Shown here in pieces: positions 62,199-64,000 of a stretch of 64,000 bases of DNA (within the stretch, counting starts at the first letter, position 1; every line of letters starts with the position of its first letter). Position numbers and translations under genes: made by a program. The stretch comes from a virus (taxonomy: Duplodnaviria > Caudoviricetes): positions 14,456-78,455 of the IMG/VR virus record IMGVR_UViG_2862873970_000001. One strand, 5' to 3'. The notes beneath the pieces were generated by a model, which did no database searches, was not told where the DNA came from, and was given only the letters and a program-made list of their open reading frames with translations.

Positions 62199-62451
62199 GT
62201 TGCCTTCCTGCCCAGCCGGCCCGCACACCCACAGCCTTTCCGAGGCATGCATTCTCATCGGCTGTGAAAGCGAGGATTGGTTAGTCGACCGGGTGCGTAA
62301 CGGCACCTTCCCCGCGCGCAAGATCGTCCGTCAACTGCGATTCAGTGACGACGACATTGCCCGCATCATTGAGACCTGTGCAGTACCGGTGAAAATGCAG
62401 GGCACGCCTTTACCCACGCCCACCTCGCGCAGTCGTAGGAACGTGGCGTAG
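62191..62451 (+). CDS. Excisionase-like winged-HTH protein
   Basis: SLSEAC..IG...WL...VRNGTFPARKI...RF; near integrase. Confidence 0.7.
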   Translation: MNELPSCPAGPHTHSLSEACILIGCESEDWLVDRVRNGTFPARKIVRQLRFSDDDIARIIETCAVPVKMQGTPLPTPTSRSRRNVA

Positions 62452-62455
62452 GGGC

Positions 62456-62665
62456 ATGAGAGAGCCGGATTGCGGCGGTTGTAAAAGCCAAGGCGCGCAC
62501 TCTCGGCGTTGTCGCACAAATCCTGGTTGGTTCTGGTACCGATTAGAAGATATGGCCGAAGAGTTGGGTGACACCATCGGGGGTAATGATCCCGAATCGG
62601 CAAATATGGCCTACACGATTCAGGCGCGCATGAAGGCACGGGCTATCGCCAAGAGCGTGGCTTAA
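62456..62665 (+). CDS. Hypothetical protein (69 aa)
   Basis: CGGC...H...C. Confidence 0.6.
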   Translation: MREPDCGGCKSQGAHSRRCRTNPGWFWYRLEDMAEELGDTIGGNDPESANMAYTIQARMKARAIAKSVA

Positions 62666-62677
62666 CTTTCCGCGAGG

Positions 62678-62685
62678 TTATCGGT
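62678..62685 (-). repeat. dif-like half-site (TTATCGGT on + strand)
   Basis: Directly upstream of RBS AAAGGG and ATG 62705. Confidence 0.5.
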
Positions 62686-62704
62686 ACGAAAGAAAGGGAA
62701 CGTC

Positions 62705-62905
62705 ATGGATCAGATGGGTGCGGTAGACCCAATGGACCGCTACAGATTCGTAACCGATGATGGTGATGAAGTGGTGATCGAGCGAGCTTATGGGGGTTTC
62801 GTAGTAGGCGTCACTCCCGGATGGAGTAGCCTCTCAGCTCGGCGGCCGGTGGCATTTGAACTGACCAAGGCCGAGGCCGCAGATTTAGCGGCACACCTTA
62901 CGTAA
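62705..62905 (+). CDS. Cassette gene, hypothetical (66 aa)
   Basis: Ends CTT ACG TAA within dif-like site. Confidence 0.7.
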   Translation: MDQMGAVDPMDRYRFVTDDGDEVVIERAYGGFVVGVTPGWSSLSARRPVAFELTKAEAADLAAHLT

Positions 62906-62919
62906 GGCGATTTATAGGT
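62896..62919 (-). repeat. dif-like site: ACCTATAA-atcgcc-TTACGTAAGG (minus strand)
   Basis: 6-bp spacer; arms contain the stops of the cassette gene and of the integrase. Confidence 0.6.
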
Positions 62920-64000
62920 CGTCTAGAGCCGCGAGGATCCGTTCCTCGACGTCAGCCGCGGAATGCCCATAGATCGACAGGGTTGTTGTCACGTCACTGT
63001 GACCAAGGCGCTCCTGGATTGCATGCGGGGGCAAGCCCTTGTCGAAGAGCCAGCTTGCATGGCTGTGGCGAAGGTCGTGAATGGTCGGGCGCCGATGCTT
63101 CGGCAGTCCGCTCTTGGCCATTGCCGGCACCCAGACGTCTGACCGGAAGCTGTCCGCGTGGATGCGATTGCCCCGCTTATTGACGAACACATACTCGCCC
63201 GACAGATCGAGTTGGTCGAGAACTCGCTGCGGCACGGCAACTTCCCGGTCAGATCTCACAGTCTTCGTGGTGCCCAGTTGCCCCTTGCTGAAGCTCTTGC
63301 AGAAGTGAACCTTTCCGGTCTTCAGATTCACGTCGGCCGGCGTCAGGGCGAGCGCTTCACCGAGTCGACATCCGGTCTCCGCGATGAACTCCACCAGCGT
63401 CCGATGGCATTCGGGCACTGACTTCAACACCAGCGGGTACTCGTCGCGCCGATCCAGGAATACCGGTGGCTTCCTGCCGGCCAGTGTGCGTGGGATTCGA
63501 ATCCCTTCAGAGAGCGTGCGCGTCGCCTTCTGTGCGGGGTTGGTGCGGATCTCGCCACGCCGGAAGGCAACCTCCAGTGACGAGAACAACAGGGCCCACG
63601 CTAGGTGGGTCGTGGAGGAACTGCACGTCCTCTCATTCACCCAGCTCTGGATCAGTTCTGGTGTCAATCGATTGATGCGGACGTCACCCAGCGTTGGGTT
63701 GATGTGAGTCTTGGCGCGACCGCGGTAGGTCTTCCTCGTGTTCTTGTTCGGCTTCTGCTCGATGTACCTCTCGATGCACTCGCGGACGGTGGGGCCACTG
63801 GCCACGCGCTTCGGCTCCATCGATTGGCCGATCATCCTCAGTGCTTCGACCGCCCCATAGTCCCCCACCATGCGGACGAATAGTTCGGCCTGGGCCTTGT
63901 CGGGGAAGGTGGTGGCGCCGGCACTCCCATCCGGAAACCGGTAGCGGGCCTTGTGCCCCTCGGGGAACCGCTTACTGGGGTGGGGATGAACTGATGCCAT
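62912..64000 (-). CDS. int: Tyrosine integrase
   Basis: TGCRLGE, TKT, HDLRHSHAS, LGHS, Y catalytic residues; ATG is at the window edge. Confidence 0.95.
   Translation of the reverse strand: MASVHPHPSKRFPEGHKARYRFPDGSAGATTFPDKAQAELFVRMVGDYGAVEALRMIGQSMEPKRVASGPTVRECIERYIEQKPNKNTRKTYRGRAKTHINPTLGDVRINRLTPELIQSWVNERTCSSSTTHLAWALLFSSLEVAFRRGEIRTNPAQKATRTLSEGIRIPRTLAGRKPPVFLDRRDEYPLVLKSVPECHRTLVEFIAETGCRLGEALALTPADVNLKTGKVHFCKSFSKGQLGTTKTVRSDREVAVPQRVLDQLDLSGEYVFVNKRGNRIHADSFRSDVWVPAMAKSGLPKHRRPTIHDLRHSHASWLFDKGLPPHAIQERLGHSDVTTTLSIYGHSAADVEERILAALDDL

Noticed and set aside
62912-64000. attP/attL/attR site
   Set aside because: No core repeat or partial host tRNA identifiable in the window; it likely lies beyond 64000

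Overview
The whole window is one temperate siphophage or prophage of a mycobacterium-like host, inferred from Lysin A/B, WhiB, Lsr2 and mycobacteriophage-type tail genes. It is permuted: it starts inside a late right-arm gene (a frameshifted pyrE-like gene) and ends exactly at an ATG of the tyrosine integrase. Layout: 0.5-10.6 kb, mostly leftward small accessory genes (ArdA-like, zincin, YodL-like, two tRNAs) with an HNH gene and the likely cos region near 7.3-7.5 kb; 10.6-41.4 kb, HK97-type head and long-tail structural operon; 41.4-46.6 kb, lysis genes; 46.6-51.3 kb, Lsr2, GIY-YIG and a repressor-like/membrane protein/esterase module; 51.5-62.9 kb, recombination and replication genes (RecA, exonuclease, SSAP, DnaB, WhiB, DUF2829/Tad2-like, resolvase, Pnk); 62.9-64 kb, integrase. 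The most striking signal is a family of about 12 dif-like (Xer-type) sites, (G/A)CCGATAA-N6-10-TTA(T/C)GT(C/A). They bracket small accessory genes as directly repeated cassettes: a tandem array at 527-1284 and single cassettes at about 8.4, 11.3, 46.8 and 62.7 kb. In each cassette the RBS follows one half-site and the stop codon lies in the other, suggesting an integron-like, Xer-driven gene-cassette system in a phage. A separate GTAC-rich motif overlaps several predicted SigA-type promoters. All family assignments come from motif recognition by eye; no database searches were run.
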